From Eledone cirrhosa (taxonomy: Eukaryota): DNA of 64,000 nucleotides. The translations under genes and the position numbers were made by a program. Numbering within the stretch: the first letter of the stretch is position 1; every line of letters begins with the position of its first letter. Of the stretch, positions 62,021 through 64,000 are shown piece by piece. Location: NCBI GenBank assembly GCA_964016885.1, contig OZ024764.1, forward strand, positions 22,878,001 to 22,942,000, read 5' to 3'. Below the pieces are notes generated by a model. The model was not told the DNA's origin. It was given only the letters and a program-made list of their open reading frames with translations, and did not search any database.

Positions 62021-62887
62021 TAATCTAATGTCACTAATAACTACTTTTATCAGTCAGTATAATCTAATCTCACTAATAACTACTTTTATCTGTCAGTTTA
62101 ATCTAATGTCACTAATAACTACTTTTATCTGTCAGTATAATCTAATGTCACTAATAACTACTTTTATCAGTCAGTATAATCTACTGTCACTAATAACTAC
62201 TTTTATCTGTCAGTATAATCTACTGTCACTAATAACTACTTTTATCAGTCAGTTTAATCTACTGTCACTAATAACTACTTTTATCAGTCAGTTTAATCTA
62301 ATGTCACTAATAACTACTTTTATCAGTCAGTATAATCTAATGTCACTAATAACTACTTTTATCAGTCAGTTTAATCTAATGTCACTAATAATTACTTTTA
62401 TCTGTCAGTATAATCTAATGTCACTAATAACTACTTTTATCTGTCAGTATAATCTAATGTCACTAATAACTACTTTTATCTGTCAGTATAATCTAATGTC
62501 ACTAATAACTACTTTTATCAGTCAGTTTAATCTAATGTCACTAATAACTACTTTTATCTGTCAGTATAATCTAATGTCACTAATAACTACTTTTATCAGT
62601 CAGTATAATCTACTGTCACTAATAACTACTTTTATCTGTCAGTATAATCTAATGTCACTAATAACTACTTTTATCAGTCAGTTTAATCTAATGTCACTAA
62701 TAACTACTTTTGTCAGTCAGTTTAATCTACTGTCACTAATAACTACTTTTATCAGTCAGTATAATCTACTGTCACTAATAATTACTTTTATCAGTCAGTT
62801 TAATCTAATGTCACTAATAACTACTTTTATCAGTCAGTATAATCTAATATCACTAATAACTACTTTTATCAGTCAGTATAATCTAAT
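62021..62887. repeat. 39-bp minisatellite, 22 units
   Basis: Same unit as 14190-15056. Confidence 0.97.
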
Positions 62888-64000
62888 AATAATAATAATA
62901 ATAATAATGAAATTATTGTGTACAGTGCTCAGGTGCACTACAACTCATCAATGGTGCATGTATAGTACATAGAATAATGTACAAATGTCAGGAAAATAAA
63001 CAGTGTATGAGTCATGATATAATAACAATAACAATAATGAAATATTGTGCACAGTGCCCAGGTGCACCACAACCCATCAAAAAAGTGCATGTACAGTACA
63101 TAGGGTAATGCACAAACATCAGTAAAATGAACAGTGCACAAGTCATGATACACACATGTGTGCATGTGTATGGAAGGGGTACATCAGGTGTAGTTTTGGC
63201 GTATTTCGGGAAGCATGAGTGTCTTAAAGGATGCAGTGTCTCGGCAGCTAACAATTGACGCAGGTAGTTTGTTCCATGCTTCAGCAACTCTGAGCGTGAA
63301 AAAATGTCTGCGAAAGTCATGGGAGCTGTGCTGTTTTCTTATCTTGTAGGCATGTCCACGTGTGTTAGACACATGGAGATCAAAGAGGCGCTCAGGGTTG
63401 CAGTTGGCGAGATGGTTAAAAACTTTGTGGGTATTCACCAAGTCCATTGCCAGACGTCGGAGCTTCAATGAATCCATGCCCAGGGAAGCAAGGCGTTCAG
63501 AGTATGGTAGGTGTCTGATGGAGGGTATGCGCTTGGTTGCACGTCTCTGAACAGTTTCCAGGAGGTCAATGTTCCGAGCAAGATAGGGGTTCCAGACTGA
63601 TGATGCGAATTCCAAGTGTGGTCGCACCATAGCTGTATACAGTTTTAAATAGATGGCTGGAGAGCGGCTAACAAAGGTCTTGCTGAGCGATGCCAAGACA
63701 CCCTCGGCCTTCTTGACAATCTTAGAGACATGCTTTGTCCAACGCAAATCGTTGCTGACAGTAATGCCCAGGTCACGTTCACAAGAGGACTTTTTGATGT
63801 CAGTGTTGTGGAGGGAGTATGTGGACGCTGGATTTTTCCTTCCAAAATGCATGGTGGTACACTTGTCCACAGCCAGCTTCAGTTGCCAGTCTGTGATCCA
63901 TTGCTGCATTGTGTCCAGGTCTGATTGTAGGAAAGAGTTGTAAATTTCAGGATCAGTCCTTTTGATTTCAAGGTACAGCTTGATGTCATCTGCATATTTT
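62888..64000 (-). mobile_element. CR1-group LINE, same insertion as in G1, cut by the window end
   Basis: Near-identical to 15057-16160 with the same junction. Confidence 0.95.

Overview
AT-rich animal genomic DNA, most likely an octopod cephalopod (inferred from the HTGEKPYHCDICGKSF finger style and the SINE/RTE repeats; not provable without a search). The window is a tandem cluster of C2H2 zinc-finger genes built from near-identical, transposon-packed cassettes. Each cassette has a putative promoter and non-coding exon 1, a multi-kb TE-filled intron, one exon carrying the whole finger array, and a 3' flank with an orphan zinc-finger exon stub. G1 (promoter ~8335, CDS 19095-20126, 12 fingers) and G2 (promoter ~41400, CDS 50010-51377, 16 fingers) are complete. 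G3 (promoter ~59670) runs off the right edge. The flanks are nearly identical but the finger arrays are rebuilt. Shared insertions link G1 with G3, suggesting a ~51-kb two-gene higher-order repeat. The rest is TE relics (CR1, RTE and CRE LINEs, hAT, Tigger, mariner, piggyBac and Merlin-like MITEs, Helitrons, SINEs, an atypical LTR element) and minisatellites. Several insertions can be confirmed by an empty site in a paralogous cassette. Boundaries were read by eye and are approximate unless termini are quoted.
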